From an uncultured Acidobacteriota bacterium (GTDB lineage: Bacteria > Acidobacteriota > Blastocatellia > RBC074), in assembly GCA_963796275.1 (NCBI GenBank), contig CAWCKY010000002.1:480001-544000 (forward strand): 64,000 nt of DNA, read 5' to 3'. Below the pieces are notes generated by a model. It had not been told where the DNA came from, did not search any database, and saw nothing but the letters and a program-made list of their open reading frames with translations. This document shows positions 1-10,297 of this stretch, one piece after another. Both the position numbers and the translations under genes were made by a program. The stretch's first letter is position 1. The number at the start of each line of letters is the position of its first letter.

Positions 1-686
1 TGATCGATACTCGAAAATCGTTGCGAATCTGTTGTATCTGTGATTTCACATCCACCGACCGATCGCAGATTTTCAGATATCGCTCTCACAGCGAGTGCCG
101 TGCTAACGAGAGTCTGTGCTTCTTTAATTCCTGTGATGTCTTTCCTGAAGGGTGTGCGATTCTATCATAAAGGAGCTATCAGCAAGACGCCTGAAAGACG
201 GAGGTATGAGAAAAAGACGACAGGTAATTGTCTTGGTCGAAGGCATGAAGGAACGGTCCACCTGCGCCGGTATTCGGTATGCAGGAAAGGAAATACAGGA
301 TGGAACCCGCTTTTTAACCCATTGAGAACCTTAGAAGAAGCGGATATCAGACTCAGGGGATTGCAAAAGTGCCAATTTGGGTATATTTCTCATCTGTATT
401 TTTATTTTTGTTTCTGTTTCTGTCGCTGTTATTTTTCAGCTACTCCGACGATCCGAAAAACAAGCTTTTCCTCAATGAAGCGACAGCAGGAGAGGGATCT
501 GACCAAACCGCACTGATAGGCTGTTAGGCGAAGCTGGGGCGCGACCGGGTGTACGGTCATGGGATCTGACAGCCACCAAACAAATCACTACCGAGTTTTT
601 ATAAATCAATTCGCTCTGTGGCTGGCATGACGCTGACCGCAGGGGTGAGTCCGTCAAACCGCCAGTACGATTGCAGGAGGATGACT

Positions 687-3600
687 ATGTACCAGAAGTT
701 TGCTCAGACGCTTCTCGCGCTCACCTTCATTTGTGCGGCCGCCTTACCGGCATTGGCTCAGGCCGATGTTTCATCGGCGACGATCAGGGGCACCGTCACC
801 GATCCTCAAGGCGATGCGATCACGAACGCAACTGTGACTATTTTGGACATCGATCAGGGAACATCCCGCACCACAACGACTGATTCGAGCGGTGAATTCC
901 AGGTGAGGCTGGTGCGCCCCGGTCGCCACGACATCACGGTTACGGCTTCAGGCTTCGCCAGATATCTGCTCAAAGACATTCAACTAACAGTCGGGCAGAC
1001 CGCGAGCTTCGACATCGATCTCCAGGTCGAGGGCGTCAGGACCGAGGTAATAGTGACTACATCAGCGCCGCTTATTGAAGTGGAGCGCACTCAACAGGCA
1101 AATACCATCGAGCGACGACAGGTGGAGAACCTGTCCAATATCAGCCGCGATTTTCAGTCTTATGTCTACACGCTGCCGGGAGTGGCGAGTTCGAACGCTC
1201 CGCGCAGCCAGCTCGCGGGACGCCTGACAGCTTTCGGCACTTCCGGCTTCTCGATTGGCGGAAGTAACGGACGCAATAATCTCATAACGGTGGACGGCGG
1301 CGAGAATGAATATGGTTCCGGACAGACCCGCTTTGATATCAGCCCCGAAGCGATCCAGGAATTTCAGGTCAACCGCAATTCCTTTACGGCGGAGTTCGGT
1401 TTTACAGCCGGCACAGCGGTTAACATCATTACCAAGAGCGGCACGAATCAGTTCCACGGCAGCGGCTATATCTTCTTCCGCTCGCAGCAGACATCTGCGC
1501 GTGATCCATTCGATTTCAACCCCACGGGAAAGAAATCCTTCAACCAGCAGGTCTTTCCCGGCTTCACTTTCGGCGGCCCCGTAGTCAAGAACAAACTTTT
1601 CTTCTTCACCAACTACGAACGTCAAAAAAACGACAACGCGCGATTTCGCACCTACACCAATAACTCACTCCTACAACCCGGTACTGACCAGGTTGCGCTG
1701 CTCGATCGGCTAGATGATTCCGCCGACGGCAACGTACGGCGAATTTCCGCCGATCTGCGTACCGCTTTGACCACGAATGCGACGAACTATCCCACGACTT
1801 TCAAAACCCTGCAGGAGGGCGAAGGCACGTTCAACGGCCTGGCGCGACTCAATACCTGGAATACAAGGATGGATTATCAGATCGGCAACAAGGACTCGAT
1901 CAATGGGCGCTTCACGCTATCGCGGAATTTTACCGATGACATCGGCACCAATAACGGAACGTCACCTTCCATCGGTGCCAACCTGACCTACCGCGACTAC
2001 TCGACGGTCGTCACATGGATTCACACTTTCGGGAACAATCTGATCAACCAGATGCGGGGACAATTCTCGCCTAATAACTCGGCGGTAACAGCTCCACCGG
2101 AACCGGCTCGGACCTCCGTGATCATCAGCGGCCTGGGCGGATTTGGCCGAACATTCGGCGCTCCCTATATCGTCAATCAGAATCGCTACCAGCTCGAAGA
2201 CAACCTGACCTGGCTCAATGGCAATCACACGCTCAAGTTCGGTGGTTCGTATCGCCCGGTCCAATACACTTTTAGGAATGACCTCTGGTTCGCCGGAGAA
2301 TTTCAATTCCAGCCCAGTCCGCTCTACCCTGTAACCTCTGCCGTGCCAACTGCAGATCGAACCGATTTTGCCCGTGCGGTCTGCGCAGCGAATGGTCTCC
2401 CGGCAACAAATTGCACGGAGGGACTTACTGCCGCTGCCACCTTAAACAGCTTTATTAACAGATCGCAGTTGAATGCCCTGCAGAACTTCAACCTGAATCA
2501 ACCGCTCATCTACCGGCAAGGATTCAATAATCCGACCTGGAATGGAACGGGACATTACTTGGGAGGTTTTGTGCAGGATACGTGGAAGGTTCATCCGCGC
2601 TTGACTCTTGATCTCGGCGGCCGGATCGATTGGGACGGCGAGCCACAGCCAGTCCCGCGTAACGCATACTTCTCACCGCGCTTCGGATTCGCCTGGCAAT
2701 TAACGGGAGATAACAAGACTGTGCTGCGCGGCGGTAGTGGCCTATTCTATTCGCCCATTTACGTGCAGATTCCGGGCTACACCAGCGTGCTCAACGGCAG
2801 CGGAGACTATATCAACCAGATTGCCCGCACTGGCAATGCCGGTCTTCCAACGGTCTTCAATTTGAGCGCGGCGGGCGTCTATCAGGCGGGCATAAATCTA
2901 GGCAAGTATCCTTTCAGCATCCTGACCGAGGGTGACATCAATGCAATGGGAATCTCCACAGCAGCCGGTCTTCCCGGCCGTGTCCTGTTCGAGCTGAACC
3001 CCGAATATAAGAACAATTACGCGATTCAAGCCAATCTCGGCATTCAGCGCCAGATCACCGGCAATCTGAGCATCGAGATCGCATATCAAATGTACCACGG
3101 ACTCCACATTCAGCAGCCGGTCGGGCTCAACTATTGCGAGGCCGGCACGCCGGGTTGCCCTGCGATGGCGGCCAACTTAACGGCTCTCTCGCAACGAGAT
3201 TCGCGCCTCGGCCCTCTATATCGCGTCTGTGGCCCCGGAACCAGTTGCGGGCGGATTAACGATTCGGGCATCACCCAGTTCACCGATTATCAGTCGCGAG
3301 GCAGCTCGATCTATCATGGGATGACAGTCTCGCTTCAACGGCGCTTCAGCAATTACATCTCTTTTCAGGCTAACTATACCTTCAGCAAGGCGATCGACGA
3401 TCAGACGGATTTCAATTCTAGCTTTGCGCCGCCCTTCCCGTCGCGGCTAACCACGGAGCGGTCCCTGTCCGCTTTCGACATACGTCACAACTTCGTCGTC
3501 AGCAGCGTCTTCCAAAGCCCTTTCAAAAGATGGGCGCTGCGCGATATCTCGCTCAGCCCGACCATCTTTATCCGCAGCGGTATTCCATTCACGCTGCGAA

Positions 3601-4001
3601 CCGGTACAGACATCAATGGCGACACGCGCGGCGGAACGGATCGTCTCTTCCATATCGGCCGAAACACCGGCATCGGGCCGAACTACCGGAGCCTCAACTT
3701 GCGGATCAGCAAATCTTTCCGCCTGGATAAGGACGGTCCTGCGCGGATCGAAATAACGGCCGATGCCGCGAATATGTTCAATCGCACAAACTTCGCCGCT
3801 GTCAACGAAATCATCCCGGTGACGATCAGCCCTACAGGAGTGCTCACCTTCCCCACGGCGATGTCGGCTACGGATTACAATGCCGAAACGGTGCGGATCA
3901 CCGGTCGCAGGGATCGCAATTTCATGAAGGGCGATCCGCTCAGTTTCACATCGGCTTTCAACCCGCGGCAGATTCTTTGGGGATTGAAGTTTGTTTTCTG
4001 A
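687..4001 (+). CDS. TonB-dependent receptor (Oar-like, N-terminal carboxypeptidase regulatory-like domain)
   Basis: Signal peptide; 'ATIRGTVTDPQGDAI' CarboxypepD_reg motif; 'AIQEFQV..N.F.AEFG...G...NIITKSGTNQFHGS' plug motif; C-terminal 'RQILWGLKFVF'. Start moved to ATG 687, after RBS AGGAGG at 675-680. Confidence 0.9.
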   Translation: MYQKFAQTLLALTFICAAALPALAQADVSSATIRGTVTDPQGDAITNATVTILDIDQGTSRTTTTDSSGEFQVRLVRPGRHDITVTASGFARYLLKDIQLTVGQTASFDIDLQVEGVRTEVIVTTSAPLIEVERTQQANTIERRQVENLSNISRDFQSYVYTLPGVASSNAPRSQLAGRLTAFGTSGFSIGGSNGRNNLITVDGGENEYGSGQTRFDISPEAIQEFQVNRNSFTAEFGFTAGTAVNIITKSGTNQFHGSGYIFFRSQQTSARDPFDFNPTGKKSFNQQVFPGFTFGGPVVKNKLFFFTNYERQKNDNARFRTYTNNSLLQPGTDQVALLDRLDDSADGNVRRISADLRTALTTNATNYPTTFKTLQEGEGTFNGLARLNTWNTRMDYQIGNKDSINGRFTLSRNFTDDIGTNNGTSPSIGANLTYRDYSTVVTWIHTFGNNLINQMRGQFSPNNSAVTAPPEPARTSVIISGLGGFGRTFGAPYIVNQNRYQLEDNLTWLNGNHTLKFGGSYRPVQYTFRNDLWFAGEFQFQPSPLYPVTSAVPTADRTDFARAVCAANGLPATNCTEGLTAAATLNSFINRSQLNALQNFNLNQPLIYRQGFNNPTWNGTGHYLGGFVQDTWKVHPRLTLDLGGRIDWDGEPQPVPRNAYFSPRFGFAWQLTGDNKTVLRGGSGLFYSPIYVQIPGYTSVLNGSGDYINQIARTGNAGLPTVFNLSAAGVYQAGINLGKYPFSILTEGDINAMGISTAAGLPGRVLFELNPEYKNNYAIQANLGIQRQITGNLSIEIAYQMYHGLHIQQPVGLNYCEAGTPGCPAMAANLTALSQRDSRLGPLYRVCGPGTSCGRINDSGITQFTDYQSRGSSIYHGMTVSLQRRFSNYISFQANYTFSKAIDDQTDFNSSFAPPFPSRLTTERSLSAFDIRHNFVVSSVFQSPFKRWALRDISLSPTIFIRSGIPFTLRTGTDINGDTRGGTDRLFHIGRNTGIGPNYRSLNLRISKSFRLDKDGPARIEITADAANMFNRTNFAAVNEIIPVTISPTGVLTFPTAMSATDYNAETVRITGRRDRNFMKGDPLSFTSAFNPRQILWGLKFVF

Positions 4002-4029
4002 TTGAGGGAGCATGGTAACCGCCGCAGGT

Positions 4030-4135
4030 CGGCGTAAAGGCGGAACTCCGAGCGAATTGATTGGAGTTTCGGCTTCAGGCGGTTAGAAATCGCGTGCGGA
4101 AAAGAAAAGACCGCGTAAACGCGGAACTCCGAGCG
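4030..4135. repeat. REP-like palindromic unit cluster
   Basis: Two near-identical direct copies (GCGTAAAGGCGGAACTCCGAGCG at ~4032, GCGTAAACGCGGAACTCCGAGCG at ~4113) and an inverted copy TGGAGTTTCGGCTTCAGGCGG at ~4062, between convergent genes. Confidence 0.65.
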
Positions 4136-4173
4136 CGAAAGCAAGTAGCGCAGCTCCAGGGATGTAAGTTGGT

Positions 4174-4638
4174 TTAATTTAAAGCCAAATTGTAAACCTT
4201 GAAGTTTGTTTGTAACTTCCAGCCCTCAGATTCGTAGAGCGCCTGCGCACTTTTGTTGGTCAGCTCTGTGGACAATGTGAGTCGAACCGCGCCGGCGGCC
4301 TTGCCAAAATCGGCTGCGGCATGGAGGAGCGACCTTCCTATCCCCATGCGCCGAGCATTCGGTGCGACAAAGAGATCGTTGAGAATCAGAATGCGTGCGG
4401 CAGCTCCTGACGAAAAGCTGGGAAACAGCTGAACAAATCCTAGAGCAATGCCGTCTGCCCCGATCGCCACAAAGATGATCGATTCGTTATGCTGAAAGCG
4501 CTCCAAGAGGAATTTCTTCGCCAGCGCCAGATCGGCCGGCCATTGATAGAACTGGCGATAGGCATCGAAGAGTGGCGCTACCATATCCAGGTCAAAAATC
4601 GTGGCATATCGTACAGTCACATCACATCTGTTATTCAT
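4174..4638 (-). CDS. GNAT family N-acetyltransferase
   Basis: 'LNDLFVAPNARRMGIGRSLL' acetyl-CoA binding motif; 'N.SAQALYES.GW'; RBS AGGAG upstream. Confidence 0.9.
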   Translation of the reverse strand: MNNRCDVTVRYATIFDLDMVAPLFDAYRQFYQWPADLALAKKFLLERFQHNESIIFVAIGADGIALGFVQLFPSFSSGAAARILILNDLFVAPNARRMGIGRSLLHAAADFGKAAGAVRLTLSTELTNKSAQALYESEGWKLQTNFKVYNLALN

Positions 4639-4981
4639 TGCGAGCTCCTACTACGTCGACTTGCAGTGGCACTATCTCGAACCAGGGGCAGCGCTGGGCT
4701 GCTATGTCGGCGAATCCATCGGTTTGCCAGAGTGCGTGATAGCGCTGTTGCTGGGAATACCGGGTCACTTGACGATATTGCGGCCGGAAGAAAAATCAGT
4801 GCGATCGAAAAAACCACCATATAATTGTTAATGTTTGGCAGCCTATTCACGGCGTGATAAGTTATCAAGGCTTTTCACTATCATCAACGGCAACATACTG
4901 GAATTTGGAGGCATCGTTGTTATATGTATGGCGTGTGCGTCAAAACCTTCAACCAGACGATCTTCTACCGGGGACCGGATA

Positions 4982-6310
4982 ATGAATGAACCCGCAACTG
5001 ACCTGAGAGTCAGCGACCCTTCTCCGATCGCCAGCGCCGGCTCGCGCGTGCGCTATCGGGTGCTGGCCTTCACCGTGCTGCTCGCCGCGATCACTTACCT
5101 CGATCGGGTATGCATTTCACTCACCGCTCCCGCGATGATGCGCGATCTGAACCTGAGCCAGGTTGAAATGAGTTTCGTATTCAGCGCTTTCACGTTGGCG
5201 TATGGTCTATTCGAGATACCGACCGGGTGGTGGGGCGACCGCGTCGGGACGCGCAGGGTATTGACGCGAATCGTCATGTGGTGGTCAGGCTTCACCATCG
5301 CCACAGCCACGGCCTTCAATTACATTTCGCTGCTCGCGATCCGGTTTCTCTTCGGCGTGGGTGAGGCTGGTGCGTGGCCGAATGCTGCCCGTACTTTCTC
5401 GCGCTGGTTCCCGGCGACCGAGCGCGGAACGGCGCAGGGCATATTTTTTATGGGGGCGCACCTGGGCGGCGGCCTTACTCCCCTGCTCGTCACTGTAATG
5501 CTCGGGGTGATGAATTGGCGCTTTGTTTTCGTGATTTTCGGGGCAGTCGGTATCGTCTGGGCTACTGCGTGGTACCGCTGGTTCCGCGACGACCCTGCGC
5601 AGCACAAGGCTGTCGACCAGCACGAACTCGACCTGATCACTCGGGGTCGGGGCGAACAAGCTGATCACAACCTGAGCCGCAAGGCGTGGAGGCAACTGCT
5701 CACCAGCCGCACTATGATCGCGCTCTGCCTGATGTATTTCACGCAAAGCTACGGTTTCTACTTTTATATCACCTGGCTGCCGACCTACCTGGAGAAGGAG
5801 CGCGGATTCACGAAAGCGAGCCTGGGTCTTTTCGCCGGTCTTCCGCTTCTGCTGAGCGTGCTCGCGGACCTCTTCGGCGGCTTGACTACCGACCGGCTGA
5901 GCAGGCGTTATGGGTTGCGGGTGGGGCGCTGCGGAGTAGGCGGAATTTCACTTCTGTTGGCAGGCCTTTTTTTGATCGCCGGGACAGCGACCGGTCATCC
6001 GTTGCTCTCAGCGCTGTTCATAGCTATCGGAGCAGCTTCATCCAACTTCCTCCTCGGCGCCAGCTGGGGCACCTGCATTGACATCGCGGAAGGGCAAGCG
6101 GGGTTGGTCGGCGCGTGCATGAACACCGCAGGCCAGGTCGGTGGTTTTCTGAGCCCGATAGTTGCGGCTCTGATGGTGGAGCGTTTCGCGAGCTGGGGCA
6201 CGCCGCTTTATGTGGCCGGCCTGCTCTACTTGTTCGGAGCCTGCTGCTGGTTGATCATCGATCCGCGACTTCCGGTATTCTCCCGGCGAGCCCCCGCTTT
6301 TGAACATTGA
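4982..6310 (+). CDS. MFS transporter (ACS/sugar-acid type)
   Basis: 'ITYLDRVCIS', 'GDRVGTRR', 'RFLFGVGEAGAWP', 'RWFP..ERG.AQG'; many hydrophobic segments. Start placed at ATG 4982. Confidence 0.88.
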   Translation: MNEPATDLRVSDPSPIASAGSRVRYRVLAFTVLLAAITYLDRVCISLTAPAMMRDLNLSQVEMSFVFSAFTLAYGLFEIPTGWWGDRVGTRRVLTRIVMWWSGFTIATATAFNYISLLAIRFLFGVGEAGAWPNAARTFSRWFPATERGTAQGIFFMGAHLGGGLTPLLVTVMLGVMNWRFVFVIFGAVGIVWATAWYRWFRDDPAQHKAVDQHELDLITRGRGEQADHNLSRKAWRQLLTSRTMIALCLMYFTQSYGFYFYITWLPTYLEKERGFTKASLGLFAGLPLLLSVLADLFGGLTTDRLSRRYGLRVGRCGVGGISLLLAGLFLIAGTATGHPLLSALFIAIGAASSNFLLGASWGTCIDIAEGQAGLVGACMNTAGQVGGFLSPIVAALMVERFASWGTPLYVAGLLYLFGACCWLIIDPRLPVFSRRAPAFEH

Positions 6311-6317
6311 ATTGCGA

Positions 6318-6447
6318 TCATTCCTCGCCTAACGCATTCATCGGATCCTATCTGGCCGCCCGTCGCGCATGAAGGCAGTTGGCAAGCAGACCAACCGCCG
6401 CCGAGAAGCTGAAAGAATCGCCGTATTAGCCCCAATGCCGAGCGCCC
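6318..6447 (-). pseudogene. Internally deleted ADOP/ABC permease relic
   Basis: Minus strand reads ALGIGANTAI, a 2-nt shift, then FSFSAAVGLLANCLHARRAAR*DPMNALGEE*: the N-terminal and C-terminal ADOP signatures directly joined. Confidence 0.75.
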
Positions 6448-6675
6448 GGCGATTACCAGTAATCGAGATGGCAAAAACCATATAAATATTTGTTTTGGTA
6501 AAGAGCGGAAAAGAGGGTTTTACCGAGCGCTGTGAGCTGGCGAACGCTAGCCATTAGCATTAGCTCTGTGACAGTTCATGTCCTAAAACGGAGCTACAGC
6601 CACAAAATCAGATGTATCCGATTTTATTGATTACTGCCCTTTTTTCGCGTGACATGGGGGGACTGGTCAGCCGCA

Positions 6676-7914
6676 TCAAAAGGCAATGAGAGAACCCTGG
6701 ACTTCAAACATATCTTTGGGGTCGCTTAGAATTTCGACCTTGCCCGTGATTTCCTCAAGTACAGGTTCAGATACGTACATCTCGCTGAGGTGCAACGTAT
6801 CCGTGATGCGCACTATCTTTTTCCGCTTGTTCGGCTCGTGGCTGGCGCGGATGCCCCATTCAAGTGCCAGCGCGTCTGACGCTGCGACAATCGGTAACTT
6901 GAAGTGGGAATAAAATCCGCTGGTGATTCCATTGGTATAAGTCACGTCCCAATCTACTTTGTCGACCAGCCGTTTGGTAGTCACATCCGCCAGGCCGATC
7001 CCGCAGGCATTGCCATGCGATGCTTCCGTCAGGTCCGTGACGACGATCGATTTGATTTTGGGCGACACCGGATCCGCCTCACCGCGGATTTCCATGCGTC
7101 CGATGATATTCGGATCCATGCCTGAACCGCTGATGTCTTTACCTAAACGATCTACCACCAGCACGTCAATTTCATTGAGTGGAAAGGATGGGAGCATACG
7201 TTTAGCCATATTCAGCAATTCCGGCTCGCGCGCCAGTATCTCTGGTGGCGTGAGGGCTTCGATGATCGCGGTCTCATCATAAGCGTTTTCGACTATGCCA
7301 AGACCCAGAAGAATTTTGCCGGTCTCGAGGATCCGTTTTCCGGCGAGCGGCATGAGCGTCTTCAAGCCGTAGATGCCGTAGCCATGTAGCTCCGATGCCA
7401 GACGTTTCTTTCCCAATCCGATCACGCACATTTTCACCAAACCGCTTTCATAATCACCGTGAAAAGCCGTGTGCGGCTTGATGCGATTGATGAGGATTAC
7501 CCCGTCCGACTCAAAGGCGTACCTATCCATAAATAACGGCAACTCCAGGCCGCCATTATCAAGTTCTACAACTTCCATCGAAGAGCGAATCGGACAGCCC
7601 ATGGCGTCTTCTGTGATGCCATAAGAAGCGAGTATCTCGCTCTGCCCTTCTGCGGTGGCGCCGCCATGACTTCCCATAGCCGGGAAGATAAAAGGATCCC
7701 CGCCCATGGCTTTAATCGCGGAGGCAGCGGCCCTGGCGATGCGACCGATGTTCGATATGCCGCGACTACCGGCCGCGATGGCGATGCGCGCACCCGGCTT
7801 GATCTTCAATTTGCCGGAATTGAGCTGTTTGGTTACGGCTTGCTCAATATCGAGAACTGCCTGTCGGTCAAACTGCTGTCTGATCTTGGTGAATTGGTAT
7901 TTAGTCATTTTCAA
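6676..7914 (-). CDS. Lactate racemase (LarA-like)/DUF2088-type domain protein
   Basis: 'IAIAAGSRGI', 'PAMGSHGGATAEGQ', 'NRIKPHT.F.G..ESGL.KM..IGLGK', 'GKDISG.GMD.N.IGR' motifs typical of this uncharacterised LarA-related family. Confidence 0.75.
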   Translation of the reverse strand: MKMTKYQFTKIRQQFDRQAVLDIEQAVTKQLNSGKLKIKPGARIAIAAGSRGISNIGRIARAAASAIKAMGGDPFIFPAMGSHGGATAEGQSEILASYGITEDAMGCPIRSSMEVVELDNGGLELPLFMDRYAFESDGVILINRIKPHTAFHGDYESGLVKMCVIGLGKKRLASELHGYGIYGLKTLMPLAGKRILETGKILLGLGIVENAYDETAIIEALTPPEILAREPELLNMAKRMLPSFPLNEIDVLVVDRLGKDISGSGMDPNIIGRMEIRGEADPVSPKIKSIVVTDLTEASHGNACGIGLADVTTKRLVDKVDWDVTYTNGITSGFYSHFKLPIVAASDALALEWGIRASHEPNKRKKIVRITDTLHLSEMYVSEPVLEEITGKVEILSDPKDMFEVQGSLIAF

Positions 7915-8023
7915 TAATCTCCACAGACAGGAAAATGTGAAACACTAGAATAAGACATCTCATTATGAGTCAAGTCAAGATATTTTTGCTTTTCTGTTGA
8001 GCCCTTACTTATGATTTCTCTCT

Positions 8024-9692
8024 TCAGTGTTCCATCGGGAAACCGAATGCGTAGAAGACGCTATCGTGATCTCCCACGTATATCTGACCAACGCCGCCCG
8101 ACAAGGCGGCCCCGCGCGTAAACGAGGTGATCGTCGATCCGCTGTTCCACAATTCTTTACCGGTCGTACCATCGAGCGCATATAGCACTGCGCCTGACGA
8201 TCGCTGCGCGCGCTTTGCCCGCGTCAGCCTGCTTTCGCTCGAACGGAACTCGCCGCTCGACGTGACGAAAACCACATCGTTGATAATTGTAGGAGGCAAT
8301 GGCGAAACAAGATCGCGCGATCTCCAACCCTGCTGCAAGATCAGGCATGCCATTCTGCTCGACGACCTTCCATGCAACGATTGCGCCGCGGTTTGCCGCG
8401 CCGGCGGCGGCATCAGCAGATTGTGCGCCCGCGGCCGGCGCGAGAATCCATCGCGTGCCGCTCGCCTCCTGCCAACTTGAAAGCGCGCCCGGCACGTACT
8501 CCGCCGCCTTCCCTTCGGCCGGCGTGATATGAAAGGGCTTCGGATTAGCTCCGCTTTCCCCCTTTATCATTCCCCCGCTGTCCAGCAGATGAATGCGCCC
8601 ATCTGTGGTGGTCGCAGCGATCAGTGTTTTTGTTTTATATTTGAAAATGATCGGCGAAGATGAGAACCCCTGATCCCCAGCCAGATACCGGCCTTTCACC
8701 TCGAGAGTCTTAGGATCAAGCGCAACCAGGGAGTTGGGTGATTGCCCTCCGTTTCCCGTCGCCACAAATAGGGTACCGTCATCATCAAAAGCGGGCCCCG
8801 CCGAACCCATAACATTGCCCTTCCACGTTGTTACTCGCTTTGAAGTAATATCAAGCGCCCAGACGCCATTCGGCGTTCCGCCGCAATTTCCCTCGGTAAC
8901 GACATATGCCATGTTATCAATGACAATCAGACCCTGCGCGTTAGCATTGGGAGGCAAAAATTTGACTGGCGGTTGATAATCGGCGCCATTCGACAGGTGC
9001 ATGATGTGCAGCCTGCCATCGCTCGAAAGAGCGTAGATGAGATACGGCCCGCGTCGCGATTGGCTGCTCGGTGGCGCCGGGGCAGGGCCGGCAGGACGAG
9101 CAGTGGGAGTGCCTTGAGCTCCGGGGCGTGTCGCCACAGATCTGAGAGTGACCGCGCCCTGACCGGGCTCTCCGACCGAACTGCGAGCGGGGCCACTCCG
9201 CCCAGATCCACTTCCCACACCACCAATCAGCGACGATATCGTGGTTTCGGTCGGGCGCGTCACATTCGCAGTCATTCCGCCGGGACATGCAGGCGTCGGC
9301 TTTTCCGACAGCGCCGCGGATGTCAGCTTTTTCTCCCATTCAATCCGGCCGAGGTCGGTATCGATCACAAAAATATTGTCCGCACTGCCCCCCAGAAAAC
9401 CCAACATGCGAAATCCGCGATAACCGATCAATCGTTCCATCAGCGCCGGAGGCGTCAAAGAGTTCAATCCGTTCGACTCGTTCTTGAGGTTGAGCTTCCA
9501 CAGGAACTGGAAGCCCGGCTGCTGCATAGTCTCCTTCGATATCTTGGCATCGGCCTTCACCCATGATGAACGTTGCGCATCCGAATTGCTCGTCATCCAA
9601 TCAGTGGCGCCTCGCCCTTGAGCTATAACAGCATCCTCCCAGCTGACTTGACAGCTTATAATGAAGACGACTACAGCAGCCAGTTTTTTCAT
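8024..9692 (-). CDS. Secreted PQQ-binding-like beta-propeller protein (+1 frameshift near 8343, probably a sequencing error)
   Basis: Signal peptide and 'DW.T...DAQRSSW'. ORF 8157-9692 continues in the frame of ORF 8024-8413 ([16 protein letters not shown]...[15 protein letters not shown]...YAFGFPMEH). Confidence 0.78.
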
Positions 9693-9769
9693 CGTGGAAT
9701 CTCCTCGGATTATAGTTTCAATACTGAAAATGGATTACCCAGCAAATGCTCCGGTCGGCGACGATCGAA

Positions 9770-9970
9770 AGCCGGGTGATGACAAGGCAAAACCCCTGGT
9801 TGCATCTCCCGAATAGTATGGCATCTTCAAGGGATACGAGATCGATCGTTGCCACATTTTTCAAGGATGATCTCGCATCCTTTCAACTTTAAGGATGCAA
9901 CACAATATCGAACTGCTCCAGGGGCTTTCGCTGTTCTCCAACCCGAGGGGTCGCTGCAACCCCTCGGCTA
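9770..9970. repeat. Degenerate REP-like palindrome cluster
   Basis: Nested inverted pairs CCCCTGG...CCAGGGG, GCATCCTT...AAGGATGC and CCGAGGGG...CCCCTCGG in an intergenic region. Confidence 0.45.
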
Positions 9971-9986
9971 TTTTCTCCAATTATCT

Positions 9987-10232
9987 GAAGACTGTGCAAA
10001 TAAAAGTTAATTGGAATCAGCATTTTCGGACCTGAGCGCCAGCGGCGCGGGATGTTTTATAGTATTCGATCACCAAAGTCTCACGAGCTCCGGAGGAGCG
10101 ATATGCTGGCATTCATATGTCGCTACTCCGGAGCCCAGGTTATGGTTAGGATCGTGAGCTATAGAAATTACGCTCCTCCGGCGCTGAGATGCGAGACTAT
10201 TGATTCTGTTGGATTTAAGTTGCACACGCTTC
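9987..10232. mobile_element. MITE-like element, copy 1 (246 bp)
   Basis: Ends GAAGACTGTGCAAATAAAA / TTTAAGTTGCACACGCTTC are imperfect inverted repeats. Flanked by a perfect 8-bp direct repeat AATTATCT (9979-9986, 10233-10240). A near-identical inverted copy lies at 28962-29299. Confidence 0.85.
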
Positions 10233-10297
10233 AATTATCTAGATAGCTTAACAAAGCTTGTTTCTCCGATGCCAGTTCTCCGATAACAGCGTTAACA

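Noticed and set aside
40-516. 158-aa ORF upstream of TBDR1
   Set aside because: No recognisable motif, low-complexity (FYFCFCFC) AT-rich segment and no RBS; probably non-coding.
4140-4700. GNAT gene as an integron cassette
   Set aside because: No RYYYAAC...GTTRRRY attC structure and no integrase; the adjacent repeats are REP-like.
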